A stretch of 64,000 nucleotides of DNA, taken from the NCBI RefSeq assembly GCF_009914755.1, contig NC_060945.1. One strand, written 5' to 3'. This document shows, one piece after another, positions 1-14,619 of the stretch. Both the position numbers and the translations under genes were made by a program. The stretch comes from the human T2T-CHM13v2.0 reference genome, Homo sapiens. Under the pieces are notes generated by a model. The model did not search any database, had not been told where the DNA came from, and saw nothing but the letters and a program-made list of their open reading frames with translations. Numbering within the stretch: position 1 is the first letter of the stretch; every line of letters begins with the position of its first letter.

Positions 1-30
1 AAGAGCGAAACTCCGCCTATAATAATAATT
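1..30 (+). mobile_element. 3' end and A-rich tail of an AluS (Sp/Sq-type), truncated by the window edge
   Basis: AAGAGCGAAACTCCG is the AluSp/Sq 3' terminus, followed by an (AAT)n tail. Confidence 0.7.
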
Positions 31-49
31 AATGAATTAATTTAATTAA

Positions 50-350
<301 letters not shown>

Positions 351-1159
351 TACTCATACGTCTATATTTGTTGCAGAAAATGATAAAGCGTTCAATAAAA
401 TAATTCTATGCAGTAGAATAAATTTTTTGTGGAAGTGAAATAGAACTATGCGTTCAAAGAAAAAAAAGAACAGTCAAAGATTTCCAGATGCTACGAATGA
501 ACATGTTCATGAATAATTCTATATGGATGATGGCAGGGATGAAACTGCCATTATATTTTCAATTTCATCGAATATGTTGTTAAAATTGATAGATTTTATT
601 TCAAAATATTTCTGTTTATAATGTACCAAAGATTATACACCATTTACAACTATTACAATGAAAACATTTAAATGTCAACCTAAAACATTTACAAGTGAGT
701 TCCTAGTTTTTGAAAATTATATAAAAGGCAATTGAAAAAAGAAAAAAACACTGTCTTGGAACACATATATCCCTGTAACCATCCACCTAGAATTTGGTAA
801 GTTCAATGGGAAAGGCTTTCCAGTATTCATATTTGTGGACCCATGTTTTAGCTGAGTGGTAGGAATACAGTTATTTCATTTCTGAGTGTTGAATAAATAT
901 AGTGTCATATTTGAGTGAAGATTATAGGACTTAGAAGATCTAGAAATCATAACATCCAAAACAAGCTATAGGCAAGATTTTCACTTCTATAATTCTTGGT
1001 CTTCATTCATAAAAATCGAGACCACATTAATGCTTACTTCAAAGGAGCTGAATGTCAGCAGAGGCTAAAAAATGTAGTTTACTGGATCATATTAAGAATT
1101 ACAAGTTTTATTTGAAAGAATATTTCCATCTAAATTATCGTTCTAAACATCTAAAGAAT

Positions 1160-1790
1160 GTGTCAAGCATAAAGACTAGTCTATCTAGCTGAAGTACAGA
1201 GAAGGAATTGTAGAGAGTAGAGGTTAGTGGGGAGGCTAATTAATAGGTTGTCATGTCAGTACAAGTGAGACGATAAGTCTAGCTTGCACTAGGATGCTGA
1301 CATCAGAGAAGGAGACAAATAGATTCAAGAGGAATTGGCAGATAAGTGTCTCAGAATATACTGATGAATGCAAATGAGGACAATTTACGGACAGCCAGAA
1401 TTCTGGTCTAAACAGCTAGGTAGGTGGTGGTGCCACGTAACAGGAGGGATCATTGAGGGATACAGGAGAATCAGGTTTAAGGGTGAAAATCATGATTATA
1501 ATATTGGTTAGGTTCAGTTGAACCAGTCTTTTGGAAATGGAAGTGAATGTGTGAAGGTAATTGAGTATCAAGCTGGAGATCAGACAGGATGTTCTGATGC
1601 TACAGATGTTGACGAAAAAGTCACTGTTATTAGAATGCTCTCCTGCTTTCTACTAACAGAGATAAGAACTGAAGTCATTTGCATGGAGTCAGTGGAGGCA
1701 AAGAACTTCAGGTGTAGACTCTGAGGATCATTAAGTTGAAAATACTTATTGTGTAGGGTGGATGAACACATTATCTAGAGTAACAATGTG
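1160..1790 (-). mobile_element. Old L2 LINE fragment
   Basis: Purine-rich degenerate match to antisense L2 (e.g. TTCTGGTCTAAACAGCTAGGTAGGTGGTGGTGCCA); boundaries approximate. Confidence 0.6.
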
Positions 1791-2609
1791 CTGAGAGTAA
1801 TTGCAAACCCTCAACCTCAATCCAGAGGTTGAATGAAGCTGAAAATAGTTTGTTGGAGGCTGGCCTCCATTACCAGGGAACATAGAGACCTCACATTAAT
1901 TAGTGTGCATTTTTGAAATTCTAATAGTCTTTCTTGGTTGAGCAGTTAAAACAAATCAAAACAAAACAAAAAACCTCATTATTCACTGAAAGTTGCTAAT
2001 AGAAGATATGGGCTTATATCTGAATAATCTCCATATGGATTTATACCTGAATTCCACCTGTCCTAAAAAATATAATAACCTTTGTGTTTGTGTGTGAAAG
2101 TAATGTATAAATTCCTGGAGTTAAAACAAACTAACAAAAAAGAAGTAATTCAATCTGGGAAATCAAAAGCTGATGTATATGTGTGTGGATAAGTGTGGAG
2201 TGACAGGAGTTAGAAGTAGGGGAGGCGTATCAGCATCTGTGGAAAGGGACTTCTAGTCATATCAATTGAAGGAAAGTTTGGAGGAAAGCTTTGGAGCTCT
2301 ATTCCTGTCTTTTGATACTAACTTAAGAGGATAATTGCCCTTCCATTCATTATGGAAATCCGAAACAAGAGGCCAGGTTACTCAATGATACTGAGTAAAA
2401 CCAGGACAGCATAATAACATTAATGTATTAATGTAGTAAGGAGCTGATACCAACCACACCTGAATAACAAGTTTTCCTTCTGTGAGTTTTCCTTTCCATG
2501 CCATTATCCTTTCAATCTCAAAGATAATGGGGTGGAAGGGGGGAAGCTAAGAAGATATTCTCCTCTCTCAGTCTGGTCCCAGGGAGGAAAAACTTTTGAT
2601 ATTTGTATG

Positions 2610-2950
2610 CATGGGGTCTTCTCTGATACAGTATCTAGAAAAGAGCAAGAAAAGCTGAGGTAGGTATAAAGATTAAATGAACAGCATTGCAGTTGCCACA
2701 GTAATGTCAGCCAATCCCATAAGGAATTCTAGAGCCCTTTAGAGATATCACTAATTGAGACCAGGGAGCCAGGCCTTTGAATGCTGCAATGACCAATTAT
2801 TGGACACCAATCACCGGACACAGGGAAAGAGATGGGATAGTTCCCTTAGGTTGAGAACAATTTCTGACAAGGGATGCAGGCAACACTGCCAGTAGGTAAG
2901 AAAATAAGGGCCCCCATCCTGAAGGATGACATAAACAGCACCTCATTATA
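2610..2950. mobile_element. Degenerate MLT1 (MaLR) LTR fragment
   Basis: Weak similarity (TTCCCTTAGGTTGAGAACAATTTCTG; GCCAGGCCTTT) to old MLT1-type LTRs. Confidence 0.35.
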
Positions 2951-4717
2951 ACCACTACATTTTCTTTCAGGTTACTCTTTTCTTTCAAAGAAATGTAAGG
3001 TGAGTATTGTCCACTCTACCCAAAAGAATCTACACATTTGATGCAATCCCCGTCAAAACACAAATGACATTCCTCAAAGAAATATTTTAAAAATCATAAA
3101 ATCTGTGTGGAACTACAAAAGGGCCCAAGTAGTCAAAGAAATTTTGAGCAAAACAGACAAACAAACAAACAAAAAGCTGCAGACATCATGCCACCTGATT
3201 TCAAAATATACTGCAAAGCCATAGTAACCAAAATAAAATGGCATTGGTATAAAAACCAGACATGTAGATCAATGGAACAGAAAAGATAATCCAGAAATAA
3301 ATCCATGGATTTAGAGCCAATTGATTTTTGACAAAGACATCAAGAACATACATTGAGGAAAAGACAGCATCTTCAATAAATGGTGCCGGAATATTTGGAT
3401 ATCAATATGCAGAATAGCTAAACGAGGCCCTTTAAACAAAATTTAACTTAAAATTATTAAGGACTTAAATGTAAGATGCAAAACTATAAAAGCAATAGAA
3501 AACAAGTTAGGGAAAATTCATCAGGACATTGGTCTAGGAAAAGATTTCATTGATGAGACCTCAAATGCACAGGCAATAAAAGTTAAAACAGACAAACAAG
3601 AATATATCAGACTAAAACTCCCTGCATAAATAACAAAGGAAACAACAGCGTGAGGAAACTATCTGTAGATTAGGAGAAAATATTTGCAAACTATGCATCT
3701 GACAAAGGACTAATACCCAGAATATATGAGGAACTCAAACAACTCAACAACAACAACAACAACAACAGCAAAAACAATCCATTAAAACACAGGCATTTCT
3801 GAGTAGACATTTCTCAAATAAAAAAGACATACAAATGATCAACAAGTATATAAAAAATCCGCCACAAATCATCAGGGAAATGCAGATTAAAGCCACCATG
3901 AGATAACATCTCACCCCAGTTAGAATGGCTACTATCAAAAAGAACCCCCGAAAAATTTGTGCAGAGAAAAGGGAATTCTTATATACTGCTAATGGGATAT
4001 AAATTCATACAGCCATAATGGAAAACAGTAGCGTTTTTTCAAAACACTATGTATAAAATTTCCATATTATCCAGCAATCTTACTGTTGAATATTTATCTG
4101 AAGAAAAGAAAATCAGCTTATCAAAGATATATCTGAACTCCCATGTTTATTGAAGTGCTATTCACAATGACCAAGATAGAGAATCAACCTAAATGTCTAT
4201 CAACAGATGAATGAATGAAGAAAATGTGGTATATATATATACACAATGGAATACTATTCAGCCATAAAAAGAATGAAATACTTTCATTTGTGGCAACAGG
4301 GATAAGCCTAAAGGACATTATGTTGAGTAAAGTAACTCAGGCACAGAAAGATTTATACTGAATGTTCTCACTCGTATGTAAGAACTGAAAGAAGTTGAAC
4401 ACATAGAAGTGGAGAGAATTGTGGTTATTAGAGGCTTGGAAGTATAGGTGGTATGGGTGGGTAGGGAGAAGTTGGCTAAGTCATACAAAATTACAGCTAG
4501 ATATGAGGAATAAGTTCTAGTGCTCTATAGCACTGTAGGGAGAATATAGTTAAAAGTAGTTTATTATATATTTTTGAAAAGCTAGAAGACAGAATTTCGA
4601 ATGTTCCCCAAACTGTTATGAGTATGCTAATTATCTTTATTTATCTTGATTACCTTAATTGGATCATTACACATTGTTCCCATGTATTGAAATATCACTA
4701 GATGCCATAAATATGAT

Positions 4718-5995
4718 TTAGGCTGGTGCAAAAGTAATTGTGGTTTTGGGCTGTGAATTTTAAATCATTATAACTAGGCTCAAACACATCTTTATTAATC
4801 AAAATAGGAGTCATTATAATCAACACATTTTTGCCAACAAGAAATAAGTTTGCTTATTCCTGTAGCATAAAAATATGTGCTTCGGAATTCGACAAACTCT
4901 TGGAAAGCATTTTCTGCATCCTGCTGGTTGTGGAAGCATTTTCCCTGCAAAAAGTTGTCGAGATGCTTGAAGAAGTGGTAGTTGGTTGGAGGGAGGTAAG
5001 GTGAATATGGTGGAAAAGGCAAAGCTTTGTAGCCCAATTCGTTCAACTTTTGAAGCATTGGTTGTGTAACATGTGGTCAGGCATTGTTGTGGAGAAGAAC
5101 CAGGCCCTTTATGTTGACCAGTGCCGACTGCAGGCTTTGCAGTTTTTGGTGTATCTCATTGATTTGCTGTGCATACTTCTCAGGTATAATGGTTTCACCA
5201 GGATTCAGACAGTTGTGGTAAATTAGACCAGCAGCAGACCACCAAACTGAACATGACCTTTTTTTTTTGGTGCAAATTTGGCTACGGGAAGGGCTTTGGA
5301 ACTTCTCAGTCCAACCACTGAGCTGGTCATCACCGGTTGTCGTATAAAATCCACTTTTCATTGGACATCACAATCTGATCGAGAAATGGTTTGTTGTTGT
5401 TGCATAGAATGAGAGAAGACGACACTACAAAAAGTCAAATTTTTGGAGTTTCACTCAGCTCATGAGGCACCCGCTTACAGAGCTTTTTTGCCTTTCCTAT
5501 TTGCTTCAAATACCAAACCACCATAGAATGGTCTACATTGAGTTCCTTGGCAACTTCTCATGTAGTTGTAAAAGGATCAACTTCAATGATTGCTCTCAAT
5601 TGGTCATTGTCAACTTCCGGTGGCCAGCCACTGTGATCTTCATCAAGGCTCTTGTCTCCTTTGCAAAATGTCTTGAACCACCACTGCACTGTATGTTCGT
5701 TAGCAGTTTCTGGGCCAAATGCATTGCTGAGTTTGCAAGTTGTCTCTGCTGCTTTATGACCCACTTTGAACTCAAATAAGAAAACTACTGGAATTTGCTT
5801 TTTGTCTAACATCATTTCCACAGTCTAAAATAAATATCGAACAAACAGCAAGTAATAAGTCATTAGCAAGAAAACAGAAAGCAAAAAATGTCCATTAAAA
5901 CACTATGTAACATAACCACATTAAAGAATGTATTCCAATATCAAATGGCAAATTCCAACAGTGAAAAAGCCGCAATTACGTTTGCACCAACATAA
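4718..5995 (-). mobile_element. Full-length Hsmar1 mariner DNA transposon (1278 bp)
   Basis: 30-bp inverted terminal repeats TTAGGCTGGTGCAAAAGTAATTGTGGTTTT and AAAGCCGCAATTACGTTTGCACCAACATAA; TA at 5996-5997 (the left copy reads AT). Confidence 0.97.
4795..5821 (-). pseudogene. Hsmar1 transposase pseudogene (stops, frameshifts, GTG start)
   Basis: ORF fragments MEMMLDKKQI...DNDQLRAIIE, ...VWWSAAGLI...LLHNNA and ...PPYSP.L.PTNYHFFKHLDNFL...YFD match the Hsmar1/SETMAR transposase. Confidence 0.95.
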
Positions 5996-6509
5996 TACAA
6001 TTATTATGTGTCAACTAAAAATAAGTGAAAAAATATGAATAGAATTAACAAGAGTTATCCTTTGCAGAAACCAATTCTATTCTATGAACTGTCAAATATG
6101 ATCAACATATCCTTCACATCTACGTTCAAATCAAAGGTAGGGAACAGTTCATTGATGTGTTCTGATAAGAATAAGACTTACAGGTGGATTTGTAAACTTT
6201 GGGGAGTCATTCATGATGAGTGTAAACAAAATTTATTATCTTTGATGAGCATCCAAACCAAGATACACACAATTTATAAAACATGACTAGCTTTTAAAAT
6301 TCCCTTATTGGCTGCAATGGTTGTTTCTTTTAAATAAGCAAAAGGGGCCTGGTGAGATCTGAAACACCTGGGTGACAGTGGCATCAATCAAATGTCTCTT
6401 TCATCCATTTCTTTACCCTGATGTAAGAAATCTAGACGCTTGCAAAATGTTCCCTTTAACAAGACGAACCACATTTGTCTGTAACTACCGTAATAGTTTA
6501 TTCAGAAAT

Positions 6510-6660
6510 TCATGCCCCTAACATTTGTGGGGCTCAGGACAGGAAATCAAATGTAAGCCTGCATACCATATGTCTAAATTCTTAAAAGTTATAAATCAAC
6601 CTAAAAACCCATTAAATATATTCTATTCTTCCACATTGACCAATATAGCTTTATAATGAT
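6510..6660. mobile_element. hAT-Tip100 (Zaphod/MER115-like) DNA transposon fragment
   Basis: CATACCATATGTCTAAATTCTTAAAAGTTATAAATCAA is recognisable from this family; it may extend further right. Confidence 0.5.
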
Positions 6661-9600
6661 CATGTGCAAATATGTGAAAAGCTACCATTTTCAATCTAAG
6701 AACATCTGCAAAATATCAAATAGCACTGAATTTTATTATTGTTGTTCATGTCAAGCATCTTGGAGAAGGCCATGTTGTCTGGATTCAGCAAGTTGTTTTC
6801 TGATTAAAAGGCAAATGTGCTTTTGCCATTTACAAAGAATTGTATTACGGCTTATGGAAATACATATTGTTTTAACATTTACCCAAACTGTGACTTTCAA
6901 GTTTTGGAAATTACTAGGAAATGCACCAGCTAAAAGTCAAAGGGATTATTGTTAGTTTTATCTCCACTATTTTTACTTCAGTATCAATGATGAAGTCATT
7001 GCAAAAGCAAGAAAAGGATAATGTCAACCAGGGCAAACACAAAATGAGCAGGTATATAATATGTTAAAACCCTCCACGGTTTACTTTGTTTCAATACCTA
7101 TAATGAAAATGTTTGCTTTTTCCTAGAAGAGTCTCTACCCAGTTTAACACTAATTTCCCTGTGTACCTGTTTTTGAGTTTTATTATCACCATCAAATAAG
7201 CAGTTTAAAATAATAAGCCCAGATCTTATTTATTAAAATTTATGGGCCATTTTCACCAGGAAAAGTGAAGAATCTTCTGAACAGCCTTGTATACATCAGA
7301 CAAAATATGCATAATGAGGGCAGTAGGTACATTTAAAATTATAGGGTGACACACTGACTTCCTTTAAAAGTAAACGAAGAGGGAGGAAAATATGAGTTTT
7401 TAAATATTAAATTCCATCATAATTCCTGATATCTGATTAAGTACACTCCACTTTTCTTATAGGCAGATACCAATACAATAGCTTTCAAGTAATGTTTAAA
7501 ATGTTTTTTTTCTCTTTGGACAATCACATTGTACGTACCTCTCCTAAAGAATTTCCCACTTTAAGACCCAATATTCCAATACAAAGGGTACACAGATGTA
7601 AGGCCATGTAGAGAAAAGTTAAAAATAAAAACTACAGAATCTGGTACAGCTGGGGATAATTAGTGAAAAACAAGTTTTTGCCAGAAATAAAAGGAAGTTG
7701 GGTAGACAAATTTTTCTTTAGCCAGGTTTTGGAAGATTCATGGAAAGAGAACATATTTACAACCCCACCCCTTCTCTTCTATTCCATAGAATCTAGCAAA
7801 AAAACCTCCATCATATAATACTTCTTTTTAATAAAACTTGGTTGATTCAAATAACATTTGAAAAATCAATCAATTTTGAGGTTCTCTATATCTTTTTAAA
7901 CCAATCCTGAAGCTTGAACATGCTGTTTGAAGACCCAGAGCAATCCCTTCCAAATGTCTGTATCATTTTATTTTCTGTACTTGAATGCTAGTGTCTGATA
8001 GTGCAAGATTACTATTTTACAAATACTACTTCACGTATTTTCCTTCAGAAGCAAATCTTCTTCTGGGTTATGAATTTAATGACATGATGTTGCTCTCATA
8101 AAACCAAACTTTCTATCAAGATTTCATTCAATTTAATACACAGTAATCAGCATCTGCTCTGTGTCAGATAGTTATGTGGGGATACAAATCTTTCCACATA
8201 AGACTCAGTTTCTAGCCTCAAGTCCCTTGCAGTCTAGCTAAGTAAGAAGACACAGGCTGTGTTTCCCCTTGATGATTAAAATGTTCCATGGGCTGGGAAT
8301 TCTGTGCACTAGACGTTGTCTGCACTTGATTTCTATCATTCAACAAGATACTTTTTTTTAAATTGGTGAACTGAAAATACTTCCAATTGTATATTTCCTT
8401 TCTGTTCTCATTGCAAAAGTATTCAATCAATGAGGAAATTAATCATAATGAGGAAACTGACTGAATATAATGGCATAGCTATAAATTTATATAAAAATAT
8501 ATTTTTTAATATGTAGGTTCTTCAAATGAAGTTACACCCAGTCATTCTATGAATGAGAGAAAACTGGATTTGTTCTTGTGAAGCCAATTTAGACTTAGGT
8601 TGGCTTAAATTTACTTTTTATTTAATCCATGTGCTACTCCTTAAATTATCAACATATAGCAACTCAAAAGAATACGTTTGCATTAATTTATGATGCCTTG
8701 GTAAAGAGTTTGGTCTTTGCTTTTCTTTCAAGCTGGAGCCATCGCATGAATATTTACACTTTAAAATTCACAAAAGGACATTCTCACAGGTTCGCTGGAG
8801 CTTAATGAGTAGTTAATATATCTGCACCGAAGTGACAGGTAAGGAAATGTAAGTTTTATGTAATGTTTCCATTTTGGATTTTGCTTTCTTTCTTGACATC
8901 CTTCCCTTCCATTATACTGTTACCTCTCTTACTTCTAAATATTTCCTTTTATTTTCCAGTACAACCTTCCTGCAACTTTTTAATGTTGTCATTAAGCCTA
9001 GGCCTGATGTATGTTCTTTGCTTAATCTCTAAGAATCAGGTGAAGAACAAACAAGGATTTATAAAATGTTGAATTAGTGAACTGATTTGATATGACCTCA
9101 AGGCAGTTAAACTTTCTATCTATTGAAGTAATTTAACACAGGAGCTGAAACAATTCTCTAAATCTGTACCTACCATATTGCAGAATATTTGCAACAAGTA
9201 TTTTAATATCCAACATAATTTTTATAATTTTCTAAAGACCTTTTGTATAGAACACTCTTGATAATAGGTTTAATAAAATTGCCTTACAGAAAAAAATCAT
9301 TATTATTTTTACTCCAGCAGTGAGAGTGGAAAGACTCCATTACACTTTACTTTCTTGAAAATGTTAAAAAAAGAAACACTACATATCATTAATATTCCCT
9401 AAATAAGATATGTGAATCCAATTACAAGGGTCTTCGAAAATCATATAACAATTAGTTTAGAGCAATTGATTTTCTCTTCAACGAACATCTTGAAAGCATT
9501 TTCTTTGTGTGAAGAAACTTAGAAGTTTCAAAACCAACATGGTAAAATCTAAATATGCTTTTATTTCTGTAAATTAAAATTATGATTTAAGAATATTTAT

Positions 9601-10285
9601 TCCTTGATATGTCTCTATTGTATTCTGTAATCAAAACCCTAGAACAAAAATAAAGTGTCTCTCATTCTAGTTTCCAAACAGGATAATAACTGACACTTAA
9701 CATTTATTTTATTTAAAGTCCTGTTGTAGAACATTCCACCACGGAACACTGCTTACGACTGGGAAAATTCTTACTTCTTTAATGCAGGAAGTGTTCAACC
9801 CTGACACATGCATGGCAAAGACATCCAGGTTGCACAATTGTCTAAACTCCCCGCCAATTACTTGGACCAGGACTCCCAAAAACTTTATGTGCTTTTGGCT
9901 TCTGCTATGCTCTTTAAAACAACATAGTCCTAACTAACTGCATTCCACTGCTAAAGAACAACCCTGACTCCAGATAATCAGTCACTGAGGTCCTTGCCTT
10001 ATCACCACCATTCGTTCAAAACAGGGACCCTGTGTCCTTTTAGCTCCTCTTTTTGTCAGAGGCTCATGCCAGATGGACACCACTCTTGCCCTACCTCTCA
10101 TGGGTCTTTAACCTTTCTGCGTGTTTCTCTCTCTGCCTAGGATGGCTATTTCTACCAATCACGTTAAAGTGACTAACAGAATGTTTAAATTTCTTCAACG
10201 TAAATGATAGCTTATGGATAGCAACTATTAATGGGCATTTTGTTTTTTTGTTTCTGGGTTTTTGTTGTTGTTTTTAATTAATTAA

Positions 10286-10456
<171 letters not shown>

Positions 10457-10674
10457 AAATATTTAGCTTTTTAAAAGAAAAGAGTTGGTCATTATTTGTA
10501 AAGAAATCTGCCCATTCCCTTAGTAAAATCAGCCAGGTCAGTTACCGGTTCAGGGATTAAAATAAATAATTTGTAGTTGTGTTATAATAGACACTATTTT
10601 CCAGGGTCGGCAATGGTAAACAACCATTAGAAACAGAAACTTCGAGCACCCTGCCATAGTGAAATGTGGCCCTC

Positions 10675-11173
10675 TGTGGTAAATTAAAGATGGCCACAAA
10701 TATTTTCCTATGTTTTATATTGAGAGGTGAAGTCTAATTCCCCTCTCCTTGAATTTGTGCTGGCCTTAATGATTTGTCCAATAGAAGGCATGAGGGATAA
10801 CATTCTTAGACTTCTCAGGCTAGCTCAGAAGAAGTCTCATAGCTTCCACTAGATTTATTAGAATGTTGGTTCTCAGATCATTGAGATGCCATGTAAGAAG
10901 TTAGGCTATCCTAAGAAACTACAGGAAGACCCTGAGATGACCTGAAGCGAGAGAAAGACACAGCCGTCCAACAAGCCTCAGCTGTTTCAGGCCCTAAGGA
11001 TTTGAGTCATCCTAGCTGAGGTTCCAAACTTTGGGATCAGGTACGTGTTATCTTTACTGAGCTCTGCCCAAATTGTAGATTCATAAGCAAAATCAATGAT
11101 TGTTGTTATTTTAATCCATTAAGGTTTTATTTCTCAGGGGAGAAGTGTTACTCAGCAATGGCTAACCGGAACA
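10675..11173 (+). mobile_element. MLT1G-like solo MaLR LTR
   Basis: Starts TGTGGTAAATTAAAGATGGCCACAAA and ends CAGCAATGGCTAACCGGAACA (TG...CA). Confidence 0.8.
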
Positions 11174-11659
11174 TCTTCCATTATTATTGATGATGTCAGT
11201 TTGAAATCATGAAAATTTTTGGAGAGTTTCCTTATCAGATCTTTCCTATGTAGTAATATAGTTGGAGCCATCACAAAGCCGAATTTTGAAGCAGGTAAAA
11301 CTTGTCTTTTATGCCCTCTATTTTAAATCCCTCCCTCTCTCTCTCTCTGTGTATGTATGTATATATATACATACATATATGTACATTCTCCACCTATGGC
11401 ATTTCCTACCAACTGAGCAGTTTAACAGAGACCCAAAGCTCCCCATGGACTGCTTCTCACTGCTTTTTCCAAATAAACCCTATTAGAAAGTATAATTTTA
11501 AATGTATCTAATTTCATCCATTTTTAGTTGTGACTGGTCATTCCTACTTGGTTATTTATTTTAGGATTACTTCTTCCTTCTACAAACATCATTTTCTGTT
11601 CTCACTATCTCTACATCAGTTCTGAAATAGATAATTACTAGATCACATCTGTTTATCCT

Positions 11660-12310
11660 AAATTCACCCAGGCCACTCTCTACATTGCATCCAGGAGTCT
11701 TTCCTGAAATATAACTATTAACACTAATCTGCTTTGTAACCCTCCCCTTCACACATCATGTATAACACATACACACATGCGCACGCACGCACACACACAC
11801 ACATTCTTTAGAAAAGGGACTAAATTCTTTAAAATATTTTACATAGTCCTTAAAATTTGTCTTTGATTTTGGTTTAGTCTTATTATTTTCTCACCATTAC
11901 CCTAAACTCAACCAGAGTTCTAATTCCAGGAAACATTCATAGCTCCTTGATGTGTGCACTCTCATTTCCAGGTCTCTGAAATGTTTTTTACATGAGTTTC
12001 TCTGCTCTGTGGAACTCACTGAATCTCTCTGCCGTTTCTTGTACCCTTCAACCTTCCAATTGTCCCACTGTCCCTCAGTCAAAACAACTATTGTGATAAA
12101 GACTTCCTGGGCCCATCTTTCTTAATACTAATTATATAATCTTTCTATTTAATCCCATGGAAGCGATAGATATCTCTACAATATCCCTAATATTATTATT
12201 TGGTTTTCAGTGTATCATAAATATCTAAGTGCCAGTAGAGTGACTTATTCACTATCCTTTGTGATCCTAGTGACCTGGATAGAAGAGGAAACAAGTCTGT
12301 TAGATGCATA
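11660..12310 (+). mobile_element. L2 3' fragments with an embedded (CA)n tract
   Basis: Degenerate pyrimidine-rich L2 3' region signatures; boundaries approximate. Confidence 0.45.
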
Positions 12311-13626
12311 AATATATAAGTGAATGATTATTTTTGTGTGCCCATGTTGAACTATGTATTTAATATACAAGAAATACAATTTTAATATCAAAACTATTAT
12401 TATTATATTATTACTATAGCTACTTTTAATCTTAAATTGAAAGATTTCAAAATGCATTTTTGTAGGATTACTTCCTAATTCTTTCTCTTTGGGTAAAAGC
12501 ACCCAAAACTTTTCCAGTTTTACCATGAGCTCACATGTTTTTATAACATTTATGTAAAATATCACTCTAACTAGACTACTTGCTTATGTAGTAGTATAGT
12601 AGTTTCCCTTTAAGGAATGTATAAGAATTATATATTGCTGTTAACAAATTAATAAGATTTTTGTTGTTCCTAGCATTTATAGAGCCCTGGATGGCCACTG
12701 GGAAATTCCTTCAAATAGTAATCTAAAATATACTTCAGTAAAGTGACTCTTGTCAGTGGCAATAAAGTAGGTCATTGTTCATGATCATTACCAAATTTTT
12801 TACATTTCATTGAATTATTTTACCATCAGAAACAACTTATCAAAACACAGCAATACCTGCCAAAATACACTTTTTAAATCTATTAATTCATAAGTTGTAT
12901 AAAATAGTGCATCTACTTTATAATTTTAGATTAATACAACCATAATCATTGGTTTATTTCTAAAAATAAAAAATGCTTATTATTTTTAAGAACAACAATA
13001 TTTATTATTTCTTAAAATAGCATTTATCTTTTAATGTAGTCTGTTGAGCATGTTTCATATTTAAAATATTAGATTTCTAGAAGAGACATTGAGCTAAGTG
13101 AAACTATTGCTTGGAGGAAAATGGGGAGAGAAAATGGGAAAGCAAGTAGAGGTACTAACATGAACCAGGAAAAGCTGAATCACGTCTACCTGCAAATGAC
13201 CTGAGTATCACAAGTGTTCTTCAGTTAGAAAACAGGTTATTGATAGGGTATCCTATCAAGGTGGAAAAGGAGAGCATCTAAACCACAAGTTTCTGACATA
13301 GCTGTTGACAAAGGCTTGAGCAATACAGCTTTATTCCAGAACAAGATGGCCTCAGCCTTCATAAATGGCCCCCAAAATGAAAATAAGCATATAAATCAGC
13401 ATAGAAGATTAGATGTCAAAGCCAAGTTTCGCCAAAGTTAATGATTCCATTTAAATATGGCTATTGAATGTGTTCTTGACAAATGAAAAAGAATATTCCA
13501 AATTTTTTTAAATGGGTACAAATAGATGCTTTTCCTAAGAGCTAGTCTGTATCTAGAGAGAAGACAGAATCAGAACGTGGCAGAAACAGAAATCTCTCTA
13601 AAGTCCAAATAAGTGAATTTTATTGA

Positions 13627-13934
<308 letters not shown>

Positions 13935-14619
13935 CAAGTAAATAAATTTTAAATCACTCTTAAGCAACCTACTGGAATGACATTATCAAACATCCATCAG
14001 GTACACTTAGGATGAGAGATATGAAGACAAACATGCTTATAACTCATCAGCTCTCAATATAATTAGATTTTGGTTAAACTGTAATAAGAACATTGTACTG
14101 CATTAATTCAGGTTTGTTTTCTTTTTTCTTATGTCTTCAGTAGGAATTTATTTGGAAAAAGCTATACACAACTTGCTTGTGTTAGAGAATCATTGTGGTC
14201 AAAGGTTATAGGAGGCAAAGAAATTCCCATTCTAGATGCAGAAGAGCCTGCAAACTGAGCAAGATATATGTAAATGCAAGATATCAGAAACAGGTCTAGG
14301 AGCAGATGGTGACCCCTTTCTACATGTTATTCAGCTACTGCAATATATGTTAATCAACTTGAATAATATAAGTCATTCAAACCTACTAAACATCAAGCTA
14401 CAACGAATGACACTGTGAATATATTTTCATTGCTCCTCTAATTATGTCTTTGATACTGATTTTGACGAATGGAACTAGAGAGGGCATAAAAGTATCTGTA
14501 TTGCTCTTGAGACATACCCCATGCCAACCATGGTGTCACTCACGTAATAAATTTTTAACAAATATCTGTTGAATGAGTAACTGAGTGGTACAAATCAGTT
14601 GCAATGTTGTAATTACACA

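Larger units (their letters stand above)
3015..6033 (+). mobile_element. 5'-truncated L1MA (L1MA4-like): ORF2 3' part plus 3'UTR, interrupted by Hsmar1 at 4718-5995
   Basis: ORF2 remnants (PDFKIYCKAIVTK..WHWYKN); 3'UTR ACAAAATTACAGCTAGATATGAGGAATAAGTTCTAG; the terminal CCATAAATATG|TACAATTATTATGTGTCAACTAAAAATAA is split by the mariner. Confidence 0.9.

Noticed and set aside
497-510. 14-bp palindrome ATGAACATGTTCAT containing a p53 half-site
   Set aside because: Single half-site with no partner decamer; plausible by chance in 64 kb
4795-5821. SETMAR gene or SETMAR retrocopy
   Set aside because: No SET domain, both ITRs present, multiple stops; an ordinary dead Hsmar1 copy
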